From assembly GCA_050303855.1 (NCBI GenBank), contig JBNLCO010000010.1:158207-222206 (forward strand): a stretch of 64,000 bases of DNA. The letters are read 5' to 3'. The notes below the pieces were generated by a model, which had not been told where the DNA came from, did no database searches, and was given only the letters and a program-made list of their open reading frames with translations. Within the stretch, counting starts at the first letter, position 1; every line of letters begins with the position of its first letter. The stretch comes from Candidatus Pacearchaeota archaeon (GTDB lineage: Archaea > Nanobdellota > Nanobdellia > Pacearchaeales > GW2011-AR1). Of this stretch, positions 19,265-28,474 are shown piece after piece. Both the position numbers and the translations under genes were made by a program.

Positions 19265-20005
19265 CTTTTTTTTATAGAATTTATTTAATATTTGAACATA
19301 TTCTTTATTTATTCCTTCTAACCTAAAAATGACTACTTTCTTGAACCCAGATTTTTTTACAAAGTTCAGATCTTTTTCTAAATTCTCTGGAGAGAGGATT
19401 GGTTCGTTTCCAAGAATCCCTATCGCAATTGTCCCGAGAGATATAGAATGGTTCTCTTTATTTCTCAGCCCCATTAAATTAGATTTAACCCTTTTATTAA
19501 AAGCTCTTGGAAACATACTTGAATACCACATTATGCTCCGCTCATAATTGAGATTATAATTTAACCCAATTAACTTCATAAATTTTGAAACAAATGCGAA
19601 GGGATATTCTGCGGTAGTTACTCTTTCCTTGTTGTTCTTCAAGAATTCTAGGATAAGCTTTTTGTTTTTCTTAAAGTGAAAAATATTTCTAAAGTACATC
19701 TTCCATTTATTTCTTAGAGGCAGCTCCAGATCAATAAGAAGATGATTTTTTATGGAATTTAATTCATGGAATAATTCCTTAAGATCTTCTGTGTTGGAAA
19801 ATGGAGAAATCCAATAAGAATTTTTTACAATAGGCCAATATGCTACTTCAAGATCTTTTTTGTAAGACTTAGCTATCTTTTCGTATTTTTGGAATTCATT
19901 AATTGATTTAGAAGCAATAAATATTTTTGTTGGATATTTTATTAATTTTAGTTTAGAAAGATTTTCTTCATTTGGAAATTCTTCATAAAATTCTATCTCC
20001 ATCAA
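19262..20005 (-). CDS. hypothetical protein (247 aa)
   Basis: Long ORF with no recognisable motif. Its stop overlaps the 5S 3' end by 3 nt. Confidence 0.5.
   Translation of the reverse strand: MMEIEFYEEFPNEENLSKLKLIKYPTKIFIASKSINEFQKYEKIAKSYKKDLEVAYWPIVKNSYWISPFSNTEDLKELFHELNSIKNHLLIDLELPLRNKWKMYFRNIFHFKKNKKLILEFLKNNKERVTTAEYPFAFVSKFMKLIGLNYNLNYERSIMWYSSMFPRAFNKRVKSNLMGLRNKENHSISLGTIAIGILGNEPILSPENLEKDLNFVKKSGFKKVVIFRLEGINKEYVQILNKFYKKK
19266..19273 (+). terminator. oligo-T terminator after 5S rRNA
   Basis: T8 immediately 3' of 5S helix I. Confidence 0.4.
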
Positions 20006-20032
20006 TTAATATAAATAAAGAAGCTCTTAAAA

Positions 20033-20233
20033 TTAACTCTTCTTGAACTTAGAAATAATTTCAATTGTATCTGTTTGACCTAAGAAGATTGATCTGCAAC
20101 ACATTCTTTCAAGACCTAATTCATCTAGAACTTTTTTTGGGTTCTCACTATTTTCTTGTGTTCTCTTTTTGAACTCTTCCCACAAGTGACCAAGAGGCTT
20201 TCCACAACTCATACATCTTACTGGAACTATCAT
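20033..20233 (-). CDS. rpoN: DNA-directed RNA polymerase subunit N (Rpb10 homologue)
   Basis: MIVPVRCMSCGKPLGHLWEEF...LGLERMCCRSIF is the conserved RpoN zinc-bundle. Confidence 0.85.
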   Translation of the reverse strand: MIVPVRCMSCGKPLGHLWEEFKKRTQENSENPKKVLDELGLERMCCRSIFLGQTDTIEIISKFKKS

Positions 20234-20351
20234 GATATTAAAGACAATTGGCTATTTTTAAAGCTTTTGATGTAAGAAATATTCTGATTTATACAAATCT
20301 TTAAAAAGAAATTTTCTCTAAGAATTTGATTAATCAAAAAAAGGTGTGCTA

Positions 20352-20549
20352 ATGTCAAAAAAGTGTATTTATTGTAAATCTGAGATACCTGATGAATCCG
20401 TAATAGATTTCTGCAATAGGTGTGGAGTTAGTGTCTGGGGAGAAAAGATGTTTGAAGCGATAGTTAAGAATATGGAAGATGCGAGAGATAACGACGATCT
20501 CTGCAGAACAAATATGAACCCGGATCAGATTGGAGAAACTCCAAGATAA
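20352..20549 (+). CDS. small zinc-ribbon protein (CxxC...CxxC), function unknown
   Basis: MSKKCIYCKSE...DFCNRCG. The track ORF starts 6 nt earlier. Confidence 0.4.
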   Translation: MSKKCIYCKSEIPDESVIDFCNRCGVSVWGEKMFEAIVKNMEDARDNDDLCRTNMNPDQIGETPR

Positions 20550-20592
20550 AACAAAAGGATAGTTTTTTAAAGAGAATATTTCTGGATATTTT

Positions 20593-20847
20593 ATGGCAAA
20601 CAAGAAACCAATAAGGACAAGAGGAAAAATAAGCCTTAGTAGATACTTTAGAAGATATAATGATGGAGATAGAGTATCTATTGTTGAAGAAAGATCTGTT
20701 CCAAAGAATTTTCCTGGGAGATTACAAGGTAGGACAGGGATAGTGGAAGGAAAACAAGGAAGGTCTTATAGGGTGAAATTGAAGGATCAGAACAAGGAAA
20801 AAGTATATCTTGTGCAATCAGCACATTTAAAAAAAATAAAAAACTAA
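20593..20847 (+). CDS. rpl21e: 50S ribosomal protein L21e
   Basis: GRTGIVEGKQGRSYRVKLKDQNKEKVYLVQSAHLK matches the L21e C-terminal region. Confidence 0.8.
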   Translation: MANKKPIRTRGKISLSRYFRRYNDGDRVSIVEERSVPKNFPGRLQGRTGIVEGKQGRSYRVKLKDQNKEKVYLVQSAHLKKIKN

Positions 20848-20854
20848 TTATAAA

Positions 20855-21160
20855 ATGATAAAAAGCTCACAACAACTAAGTACGCCAGAAGCAATGGAAT
20901 ATGTAGATGGTAAAAGCGAACAAGGTGCAAAAGTACTAGCTTTTGCTAAGAAGTTTGGAGCAATAAACCCAAAGAAAGCTAATGAAATGAGAGAGAAACT
21001 ATTGGAAGTTAACTCTATAAAAATAAATGAGGGGCATATAGCTAAGATAATTGAGTTTATGCCTGAGAATTCTGAAGAAGTGAATAAGATATTCACTGAA
21101 TTAAGTTTGGAAGAAGATGAAAAGAATAAAATACTTGACATCGTCAACCAGTTCAAATAA
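20855..21160 (+). CDS. rpoF: DNA-directed RNA polymerase subunit F (Rpb4 homologue)
   Basis: Size, acidic helical composition and the rpl21e-rpoF-DUF655 synteny typical of archaea. IAKIIEFMPE resembles the RpoF C-terminal region. Confidence 0.6.
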   Translation: MIKSSQQLSTPEAMEYVDGKSEQGAKVLAFAKKFGAINPKKANEMREKLLEVNSIKINEGHIAKIIEFMPENSEEVNKIFTELSLEEDEKNKILDIVNQFK

Positions 21161-21197
21161 AGGGACCAAAATCTTATATCAAGAGCGAGGAAATTAA

Positions 21198-21737
21198 ATG
21201 GCAAAAGAAGAAAAAGCAATAATTTTAGAATATTTACCTAACGGATATCCCCTATCAAAGAAGATGTTGCCAGTTGCACAGGCAATAGGGGAGAATAACT
21301 TGACACTTTTAGAGCTTGTTCCAAGAAAAGGCGTTGGCTTAGAACTGGGAGAGGAAGTTTACATTGGAGAAGGTAAAAGAGATAAAATATACTATATTTT
21401 GGGCAGATTACATAGAGAAAAGCTTACAGAAACTGCTAAGAATCAATTAGAAGAATTTATAAAGGGTGTTGTCAAGAAAAGAGAGAAGGAATTTGTAGAA
21501 TTCTTCAATAAGGCAGATGCCATAAACAAAAGAATTCATCAGATTGAACTTCTTCCTGGTATGGGAAAAAAACATATGCAGGAGATATTAAAGCAAAGAA
21601 AGGAAAAGGATTTTGAGTCCTTTGACGACATGAAGGCGAGAGTACCTAACCTCCCTGACCCTGAAAAAGCCGTCGAAAAGAGAATTTTTCAGGAGTTAAC
21701 GAATTTGGAAAGGTACAACTTGTTTACAGGAAACTAA
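21198..21737 (+). CDS. DUF655/COG1491 predicted RNA-binding protein
   Basis: The N-terminal AIILEYLPNGYP and the conserved position after rpoF are COG1491 hallmarks. Confidence 0.65.
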   Translation: MAKEEKAIILEYLPNGYPLSKKMLPVAQAIGENNLTLLELVPRKGVGLELGEEVYIGEGKRDKIYYILGRLHREKLTETAKNQLEEFIKGVVKKREKEFVEFFNKADAINKRIHQIELLPGMGKKHMQEILKQRKEKDFESFDDMKARVPNLPDPEKAVEKRIFQELTNLERYNLFTGN

Positions 21738-21738
21738 G

Positions 21739-22206
21739 ATGGAAAAACCAATACAACAGAAAGACTCCGAAAGAATAGTAAGAATTTTATCTAAAGATAT
21801 AGAAGGAAATACAACAGTTTATTCTGGATTAACTCAAATAAAGGGTGTTTCATGGAGTTTTTCAAATGCAGTTTGTAGAATTCTTGGAATCGACAAAAAA
21901 AAGAAAATTGGATCACTTACTTCTGAAGAAGTGAAAAAAATTGAAGATTTTATAAAAAATCCGCAATTACCTGAATATTTGTTGAATAGAAGAAAGGATC
22001 TCGAAACAGGAAATGATAAGCATTTGCAAGGAACAGATTTGGAATTAAGAAAAGACTTTGATGTTAAGAGATTAAAACAAATAAGAAGCTACAGAGGTTT
22101 AAGACACACTCTTGGGTTACCTATGAGAGGTCAAAGAACAAAAGCTAATTTCAGAAGAAATAGGAAGAAAGGTTCAGGAATTAAAAAAAAGAACGTAAAG
22201 AAGTAA
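21739..22206 (+). CDS. rps13: 30S ribosomal protein S13 (uS13)
   Basis: RILSKDIEGN...NRRKDLETG...YRGLRHTLGLPMRGQRTKAN. Confidence 0.9.
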   Translation: MEKPIQQKDSERIVRILSKDIEGNTTVYSGLTQIKGVSWSFSNAVCRILGIDKKKKIGSLTSEEVKKIEDFIKNPQLPEYLLNRRKDLETGNDKHLQGTDLELRKDFDVKRLKQIRSYRGLRHTLGLPMRGQRTKANFRRNRKKGSGIKKKNVKK

Positions 22207-22207
22207 A

Positions 22208-22717
22208 ATGAAAAGAAAACATAAGATATATTCGAGACCAAAGAGACCTTTTGATAAGAAAAGGATAGAAGAAGAAGGAAAAATCAAAGAAGAGTTTGGT
22301 TTAAAGAATAAGAGAGAAATCTGGAGAGCAGAAGCAAAAATAAAGGTTATAAGAGAAAGGGCTAAGAAACTTGTTTCAGCAAAAGATGAAGAGAAGAAAG
22401 CGTTCTTTGATAAATTGAATAAACAAGGTTTCAAAGTAACTTCTATTGCAGAGGTTCTTTCATTAACAAAAGAAGATTATCTTAATAGAAGATTGCAAAC
22501 AATTGTTTTTAAGAAAGAGTTAGCAAAGACTCCAAAAGAAGCAAGACAGTTAATAACTCATAAGAAAGTTATTATTGGGGATAGCATAGTTAATATTCCC
22601 TCTTATTTGGTTTCTATTGAAGAAGAAGGTAAACTGAAAGTTAAAGAAAAGAAGGTTAAGGCTAAGCCGGTAGAAGCTTCAAAAGAAGAACCAGAGGAGG
22701 AAGATAAATCAGAATAA
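22208..22717 (+). CDS. rps4: 30S ribosomal protein S4 (uS4, archaeal/eS9-type)
   Basis: KIYSRPKRPFDKKRIEEE...REIWRAEAKI and the S4 RNA-binding domain. Confidence 0.9.
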   Translation: MKRKHKIYSRPKRPFDKKRIEEEGKIKEEFGLKNKREIWRAEAKIKVIRERAKKLVSAKDEEKKAFFDKLNKQGFKVTSIAEVLSLTKEDYLNRRLQTIVFKKELAKTPKEARQLITHKKVIIGDSIVNIPSYLVSIEEEGKLKVKEKKVKAKPVEASKEEPEEEDKSE

Positions 22718-22718
22718 A

Positions 22719-23201
22719 ATGGCAAAAGAAATAGAAGAAAAAAAAGAAGAAATTGTTGAAGATAATAAGGAAGAGGCTTCGAAAGAAGAAGTTAAAGAAA
22801 AGACTGAAGTTAAGAAAAAAAAGGAGAAGGAAATAGAAGCTGTTGTTAACATTTATACTTCATTCAATAACACAATAGTTCATGTTACAGATATGTCTGG
22901 GAGGACTCTTGCAAAAGTTTCTGGAGGAATGGTCACAAAGCATTCTAGACTTAAGGCAAACCCTACAATTGCGATGTTTATAGCTAAAAGAATTGCAGAA
23001 AATATGAAAGAAAAAGGAGTCAAATCTCTTTATATTAAAATAAGAGCTAAGACTGGAAATCCAACTCCGGGTCCTGGAGCTAATGCTATCGTTAAGAGTC
23101 TTACAAAGGAAGGTTTTAGAATATTAAATATCTTAGATGTTACACGTGTTCCAAGAGGAGGTCCAAAGAAGAAAGGTGGAAGACGTGGTAGAAGGCCGTA
23201 G
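22719..23201 (+). CDS. rps11: 30S ribosomal protein S11 (uS11), with Lys/Glu-rich N-terminal extension
   Basis: VVNIYTSFNNTIVHVTDMSGRT...GPGANAIVKSLTKEGFRI...RGGP. Confidence 0.9.
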   Translation: MAKEIEEKKEEIVEDNKEEASKEEVKEKTEVKKKKEKEIEAVVNIYTSFNNTIVHVTDMSGRTLAKVSGGMVTKHSRLKANPTIAMFIAKRIAENMKEKGVKSLYIKIRAKTGNPTPGPGANAIVKSLTKEGFRILNILDVTRVPRGGPKKKGGRRGRRP

Positions 23202-23240
23202 ACCCCTTAAATTTAAAAAACCCCAAAATAACCTAATAAT

Positions 23241-23945
23241 ATGGAAAAAATAAACGAAACAAAGGATAAGCTTGTATTTAAGGCAGAAGTTGATGAGAGC
23301 TTAGCTAACGCCGTTAGAAGGTATGTTCACCAGATACCTGTGGTTGCTGTCGATAGTGTAGAAATCTCAAGAAACGATTCTCCTTTGTATGATGAAACCG
23401 TTGCTCATAGAATTGGATTAATCCCTTTGAAACAAAATAAAAAAGAAGGAACAATGAAATTAAAGGTGAGTAAAGAAGGATTTGCTTATTCCGGAGAATT
23501 TGAAGGAGACATTAGTGTAGTTTATGATGGAATACCAATAACTTTGTTGAATAAAGGACAAGAAATTGATTTAACTGCTACTGCAAAGACTGGAAAGGGT
23601 GCAGACCATTCTAAATTCTCTCCTGGATTATTTTATTACAGAAAAGTGTTAGAGCTATCTATGGAGAAAGATGTTGCAGACAGATTAAAAAGAATGTATC
23701 CAGAAATAGAAATTAAGACAAAAGGTAATAAAGCGGTAGTTATTGATGATCAAGAAAGAGAAGTTTATGATTTTTGTGAGGGAGTTAGTGAAAAGGAAGG
23801 AAAGGAAGTTGAAGTTAAACCAATGAAAGAGTTGGTTGTTACAATTGAATCATTTGGCCAGATCCCTGCTAAAGATATTTTTACTAAATCATTAGATGTT
23901 TTGAAAAAAGATTTAGAAGATTTTGCAAAAAAAATAGCAAAATAA
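23241..23945 (+). CDS. rpoD: DNA-directed RNA polymerase subunit D (Rpb3 homologue)
   Basis: LANAVRRYVHQIPVVAVDSVEI...ETVAHRIGLIPL dimerisation-domain motifs. Completes the archaeal S13-S4-S11-RpoD block. Confidence 0.85.
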   Translation: MEKINETKDKLVFKAEVDESLANAVRRYVHQIPVVAVDSVEISRNDSPLYDETVAHRIGLIPLKQNKKEGTMKLKVSKEGFAYSGEFEGDISVVYDGIPITLLNKGQEIDLTATAKTGKGADHSKFSPGLFYYRKVLELSMEKDVADRLKRMYPEIEIKTKGNKAVVIDDQEREVYDFCEGVSEKEGKEVEVKPMKELVVTIESFGQIPAKDIFTKSLDVLKKDLEDFAKKIAK

Positions 23946-24109
23946 TTTTTCTAAAAAATAAAATATAATTTTGGATTTTTGTGACAAGAAATTTGTCTTT
24001 GGAAGTAATAATTTAATGAAATAGGGTATTTCGGGTAGGCTTATTTTTGGAAATTTTGCAAAAAAAATATCCCAAAACCAAATTAATGATTCGGGGATAT
24101 TTTGTGAAT

Positions 24110-24394
24110 TTAATGTAACGAATGATAAAGCTTCTGCGGGGGCAAAAGAATTTTAAAGAAATCACCGGAATTAAGGAAGTATAAATAGAATTCAAATGAA
24201 TCCCCTCCTTTATTTAAATAGAGGACCCAGCAATAATTTTCTTCCCAAATTAGCTTCGCTTTATTTCTTAATTCTCCCCAGCTAGGACTAGTTTTTGTAA
24301 GCGACCAGTCATTTGTTTGAATTACTCCGAATATCGAATTAGGAGAATTTTCTTTATTGAAAGCTTCTTTTACAATTTCTAAATCATTTTTCAT
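24110..24394 (-). CDS. hypothetical protein
   Basis: 94-aa ORF, first gene of the long minus-strand block. Confidence 0.3.
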   Translation of the reverse strand: MKNDLEIVKEAFNKENSPNSIFGVIQTNDWSLTKTSPSWGELRNKAKLIWEENYCWVLYLNKGGDSFEFYLYFLNSGDFFKILLPPQKLYHSLH

Positions 24395-24411
24395 ACCATT
24401 TTATTTTAAGG

Positions 24412-24978
24412 TTAAGCAAAATAATTAATTGAGATGAAATTAAGAGGGTGGAATTCGCCTTGTTCTTTTTCAGATTTTATTTTCTCATGAGACCTCCAAA
24501 CCTTTCCATCTTGTCCAATCAATATGGCCTTATCGCCAGCGTAAACAATGTACTTGGGTCTTGGATCTACCTGATAAACATAATCCTCTTCGGCACTGTA
24601 ATTATCACAGAAATCTTCATAATCTTCTATCTTTAATGACCGCCCGCTCTTAAATATAACTCTAACAGAGAGAGGGTTTTCTTTTAGGATAGGTTTCAGA
24701 TCATCATATTTCCAAAATTCTTTGAATGGGACAAAACGAACAACTTTGACTAAAGAATCTTCTCCTTTAATCGAATATCCTTCCGTGTTTATTAGTTTGG
24801 ATTCCTTTTTCTTCAGGAATCCTTTTTCTTCAACAAATTTTGCGGCGTCAGTCACAAAATCTTCAAGCGTTGCCTCTTTTGGAGGTTTTACTATTTTCTC
24901 CTGAGTTTTAGGAGATTTTTTATTGCAACCAGAAATAAAAAGTGCAATAATTACTAAAATAACGATACGTGTTTTCAT
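24412..24978 (-). CDS. putative lipoprotein
   Basis: MKTRIVILVIIALFISGCNKKS signal peptide with a lipobox-like SGC. Confidence 0.5.
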   Translation of the reverse strand: MKTRIVILVIIALFISGCNKKSPKTQEKIVKPPKEATLEDFVTDAAKFVEEKGFLKKKESKLINTEGYSIKGEDSLVKVVRFVPFKEFWKYDDLKPILKENPLSVRVIFKSGRSLKIEDYEDFCDNYSAEEDYVYQVDPRPKYIVYAGDKAILIGQDGKVWRSHEKIKSEKEQGEFHPLNFISINYFA

Positions 24979-25004
24979 AATTATAAATTTAATTTGGATA
25001 ATTT

Positions 25005-25346
25005 TTAAAACAAAAGACTAAAATAATTATCAATTTCATTATCAGATACGGCCTCTTCAAAATTCTCTATATTTTTTACAGCAAGTTTTAATTTATTAAA
25101 ACAATCTTCTGTAATGATCAAAAAAGGCGATTCTTTATAAGGGACCTTAATAGTGATGATGTAATCTTGATTTCTTAGAAGAGGAATAATCTTCTTATAA
25201 TGCTTATAGAATTCATCGGAATCTGACATGAAACCAAGCGCAATGAGCTCTTGAATTGCTTCTATAGTTAAACGTGTTATCCCGGGCTCTTTTAAAGTCT
25301 TTATAACATCTTTATTGTTCATCTTTTTATCAATTATATTAAACAA
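25005..25346 (-). CDS. hypothetical protein
   Basis: 113-aa ORF. Confidence 0.35.
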   Translation of the reverse strand: MFNIIDKKMNNKDVIKTLKEPGITRLTIEAIQELIALGFMSDSDEFYKHYKKIIPLLRNQDYIITIKVPYKESPFLIITEDCFNKLKLAVKNIENFEEAVSDNEIDNYFSLLF

Positions 25347-25419
25347 AAAGAAAAGGCATAAGCTATTGCTCTTTGCCTTTTCTAAGTTAGAGATTGGTAT
25401 AGAAGAAATTAATAGGAGA

Positions 25420-26283
25420 TTAATTTGTATTAGTTTGGGTTGTTGATGGATTGCTTAATACTTCAAACCTTTCTTTAATCATTGTTATGGAAAGCTTCTT
25501 GTGGGTATTGGAGGCGTATCCCATATTAACAACAACCAAATATTGTCCTGGTTCAAGTTCCAGCCCGATATTTTTGCCTTGTACAAACTTTTCAAAACGA
25601 TTATTGTAACCGTTACCTCTTATCTGAAAAGTTTCAACTTTCAAGACCTTTCCAGTTGAAGCGTCATATATTTTTGCATTAATACAAGGTATATCTTTTG
25701 ATAACATTTTAATATAAAATGCAAAGTTTATTTCTTCTCCTTGAACGAATGATCTTTTCTTGCCTTGGAATTCATCTATTTGAGCAAGACCATCTCTGTT
25801 AAAATCAGAATACCAATTGTACATGAAAATATTGCCCAAAGTGGCATAATCCTTTACTCCAAAAGTATTTGAGGGTATGTATGCAAAGTTTACTAACTCA
25901 TTTTGAGTATACTCTGGAAGAGTATGGGAGACAGAAACGGGGGTGTGTATAACGTTAAAGTCGCCTGGATCTTCGTTTGCCCAGGTGTATCCTTCATCAG
26001 GGTACACTCTCCTAGTGCCATCAACTTCTAAAACATGAGTATTTGGATAGTTATGCGTTACATTTATGTTTTGGGTGGAAGTATTTGAAGCGGTAGTAAT
26101 CTCCATAGTGTATTCCATTTCACCAGATGTTGTAAGAGCCTTTCCCAATACACGGGAAAATTTATTTGCACCATTTTCTACTAAAAACTCTCCAGCAATA
26201 ATTTTCGCCTGAGTTTTAACTGATTGCGCACTTGTACCTAGTACAAGTAGAACCATTACTGAAATAAAAACTAATTTTTTCAT
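25420..26283 (-). CDS. secreted hypothetical protein
   Basis: MKKLVFISVMVLLVLGTSAQS signal peptide. Confidence 0.5.
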   Translation of the reverse strand: MKKLVFISVMVLLVLGTSAQSVKTQAKIIAGEFLVENGANKFSRVLGKALTTSGEMEYTMEITTASNTSTQNINVTHNYPNTHVLEVDGTRRVYPDEGYTWANEDPGDFNVIHTPVSVSHTLPEYTQNELVNFAYIPSNTFGVKDYATLGNIFMYNWYSDFNRDGLAQIDEFQGKKRSFVQGEEINFAFYIKMLSKDIPCINAKIYDASTGKVLKVETFQIRGNGYNNRFEKFVQGKNIGLELEPGQYLVVVNMGYASNTHKKLSITMIKERFEVLSNPSTTQTNTN

Positions 26284-26364
26284 CTTATTTAATTTTTGTT
26301 AATAAATGTTATTTTTAATAAAAAAGAAACCTCCAGAGAGGTTTCATAAAAATTGCTTAAGAAA

Positions 26365-27093
26365 TTATTCTTTCTTAACAAAAATTCGAGAATAATTATT
26401 TATTCCAAGAAGCAATTGGTTTGAACAAATATAAACCAAATTTGTGACTATTTGACATCTAAAAGCCCCGTTTATGGAATTAGAGGGGTGCATTAAACTG
26501 ATCTTATGATCTCCGTTTCCTTGTGTGGGCACCCCATATTCATCAATATCTCCATAATAACGCCACTTAGCTGAATAATCCTCAGACCAAATAGATCTTT
26601 CTGTAAGATCGAATAACCCTTCCTTAGTTAATTCTAATCCCGGAAGATCAATTTTAAGAGGAATTTTTAATTTTCCAAAAGAATCAATCTCTCCAAGAGA
26701 TTTTTTGAATGATTTGAACTGGTTGATCAAATGGGTTGCATCTCCCTTATTTATACTCACTCCGTTAAGATAAATCCCTGCTTCAACCAAGTGTTTTCCA
26801 AAGAATATTTTTTGGTTATTGTAACATTGATATGTTGTCAAAGGATTGTTTTTCAGACCTTCAGTATTTACCCACATATCATAAAGAACAATGAACTTTG
26901 GGTTAGCACGAATAATATCTACTTTTCCGGTTGAATAAACAATATCTTTTGTCATTAATTCGAAAACTTCTTTTCTAAGAAAAGATCTTCCGAACCTGAG
27001 AACTTCTTTGAATATTTCAACATCTGAAAGCATTTCTCCATTCACTTTTAAACTTAATTCATGGAAAGGGTTTGATCTTAAAATATTTTCCAT
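26365..27093 (-). CDS. hypothetical protein
   Basis: 242-aa ORF. Confidence 0.4.
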   Translation of the reverse strand: MENILRSNPFHELSLKVNGEMLSDVEIFKEVLRFGRSFLRKEVFELMTKDIVYSTGKVDIIRANPKFIVLYDMWVNTEGLKNNPLTTYQCYNNQKIFFGKHLVEAGIYLNGVSINKGDATHLINQFKSFKKSLGEIDSFGKLKIPLKIDLPGLELTKEGLFDLTERSIWSEDYSAKWRYYGDIDEYGVPTQGNGDHKISLMHPSNSINGAFRCQIVTNLVYICSNQLLLGINNYSRIFVKKE

Positions 27094-27256
27094 AATTGTT
27101 GTTTTACATTATACATTATTTTTTCTTCTTGTTGAAACCTTTCTTCCTATTATATTCCAACCTTCTTTTTATCTTCTCTGGATTTACCTCAGAAGAATCA
27201 ATAAAATCTTCTTGCAAAAATAGATTGTTTTTCATAAGAACTAATTTAAATTATAA

Positions 27257-28447
27257 CTACTCTTTAATCCCTGTTATCCGGATTTTACGGAGGTGTAGAT
27301 ATTCATTCTTTTCTTTTAGGAATTTATCATATTTTGCCACCACTCCTATCTTTATTATCCCTTCACTTTGATTAATTGACTTATTAAATTTTGTTAGATA
27401 ATCTAAAGGGTCTTCCCAATTAAAGTCAGGGATTGGAGAAGAATAAATATCAAAAAGAAGGAAAATGTTTCCAAGACTATCTTGTCCAAATATTTCCAAA
27501 TGACCTCCCTTTTTATTCCCCGCATCAAAAGATAGTTTTGTAATTGCATAACCTGACTCTGAGAACAAATCATCAAACCAAATAGTGTCCTTACACCCAT
27601 ATAATTTAAAGGGCCCTTCAATTTTGGAAGTCTCTTTTGGGATAAAGGTTGTATCTCCAGGGGCGAAAACAAATACAGAATCATAAATCACAAGAGTATC
27701 TTTACTTGAAATGAAAACGCTGTCTATGCTATACACTGTGTCTTTCTGGTAAATGTAAATATACTCTATATTATAAATTGTATCAAGTTCAAAAGTAAAA
27801 ATTGAATCTATACTAAAAACCGTATCTTTTTTATAGATAATAACAGAATCTATACTAAAAATAGTGTCAAAGAAATTATTTACAACAAATACTGTATCTA
27901 ACTTCGATATTATAAGTGTGTCCACATTGGAAATTATTTCTCTTATAGTATCATAAAAGAAATAAATTTTTGTCTGAACAATTGTGTCTTTTTCCACAAT
28001 CCAATTAATTTTTCCACAAACTGTATCTTGAAGCAATAAAACATCTTCTTCATAAAACAAATAAATGTGGCACAAATCATTAAGGGCAACTGCCTCAAAA
28101 TGAAAGTCGGGTTTTGTAACTTGGCTTGAATCGCCTTTTGGACCTTGAGGACCCCTATCTCCATTACAAGTAGTGTCTCTATATATGAACCTGTCAACAC
28201 CTTCATTATAGGTGGCATCTTCATCAAGGTTTTGATAAAGTGTTCTCACCCGGCACAATTCATCTATCTTTTTTGATTCAGAAAGAATTGGGGGCCACTC
28301 TGGAGATCCGATATAGATTGTATCCACCCTGCCTTCTGGAGAGTTTATAGTTACATCAATAGAAACATTTGTTTCTTCCAAATAATCTTCACAAGAGATA
28401 ATTGTAAAGATTGTAATCACTATTACTAAATAGATTAAATTTCTCAT
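27257..28447 (-). CDS. secreted repeat protein with a short collagen-like triplet run and degenerate tandem KDTVxSIDS repeats
   Basis: Signal peptide/lipobox (IISCED), GDRGPQGPKGD, then 6 or more copies of (K/S)DT(V/I)(F/Y)SIDS(V/I)(F/I). The DNA shows matching degenerate tandem repeats at about 27700-27960. Confidence 0.55.
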   Translation of the reverse strand: MRNLIYLVIVITIFTIISCEDYLEETNVSIDVTINSPEGRVDTIYIGSPEWPPILSESKKIDELCRVRTLYQNLDEDATYNEGVDRFIYRDTTCNGDRGPQGPKGDSSQVTKPDFHFEAVALNDLCHIYLFYEEDVLLLQDTVCGKINWIVEKDTIVQTKIYFFYDTIREIISNVDTLIISKLDTVFVVNNFFDTIFSIDSVIIYKKDTVFSIDSIFTFELDTIYNIEYIYIYQKDTVYSIDSVFISSKDTLVIYDSVFVFAPGDTTFIPKETSKIEGPFKLYGCKDTIWFDDLFSESGYAITKLSFDAGNKKGGHLEIFGQDSLGNIFLLFDIYSSPIPDFNWEDPLDYLTKFNKSINQSEGIIKIGVVAKYDKFLKEKNEYLHLRKIRITGIKE

Positions 28448-28474
28448 AAATTTAAAGATTTAAAGGGTTATTAG

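Noticed and set aside
24000-24110. Contig chimerism between an archaeon (0-24 kb) and a Bacteroidetes-like bacterium (24-64 kb)
   Set aside because: Considered because of OmpA_C and OMP-like proteins and ..FAQ signal peptides. Composition, the shared upstream promoter motif and gene packing are continuous across the junction. Left as an open finding rather than asserted.
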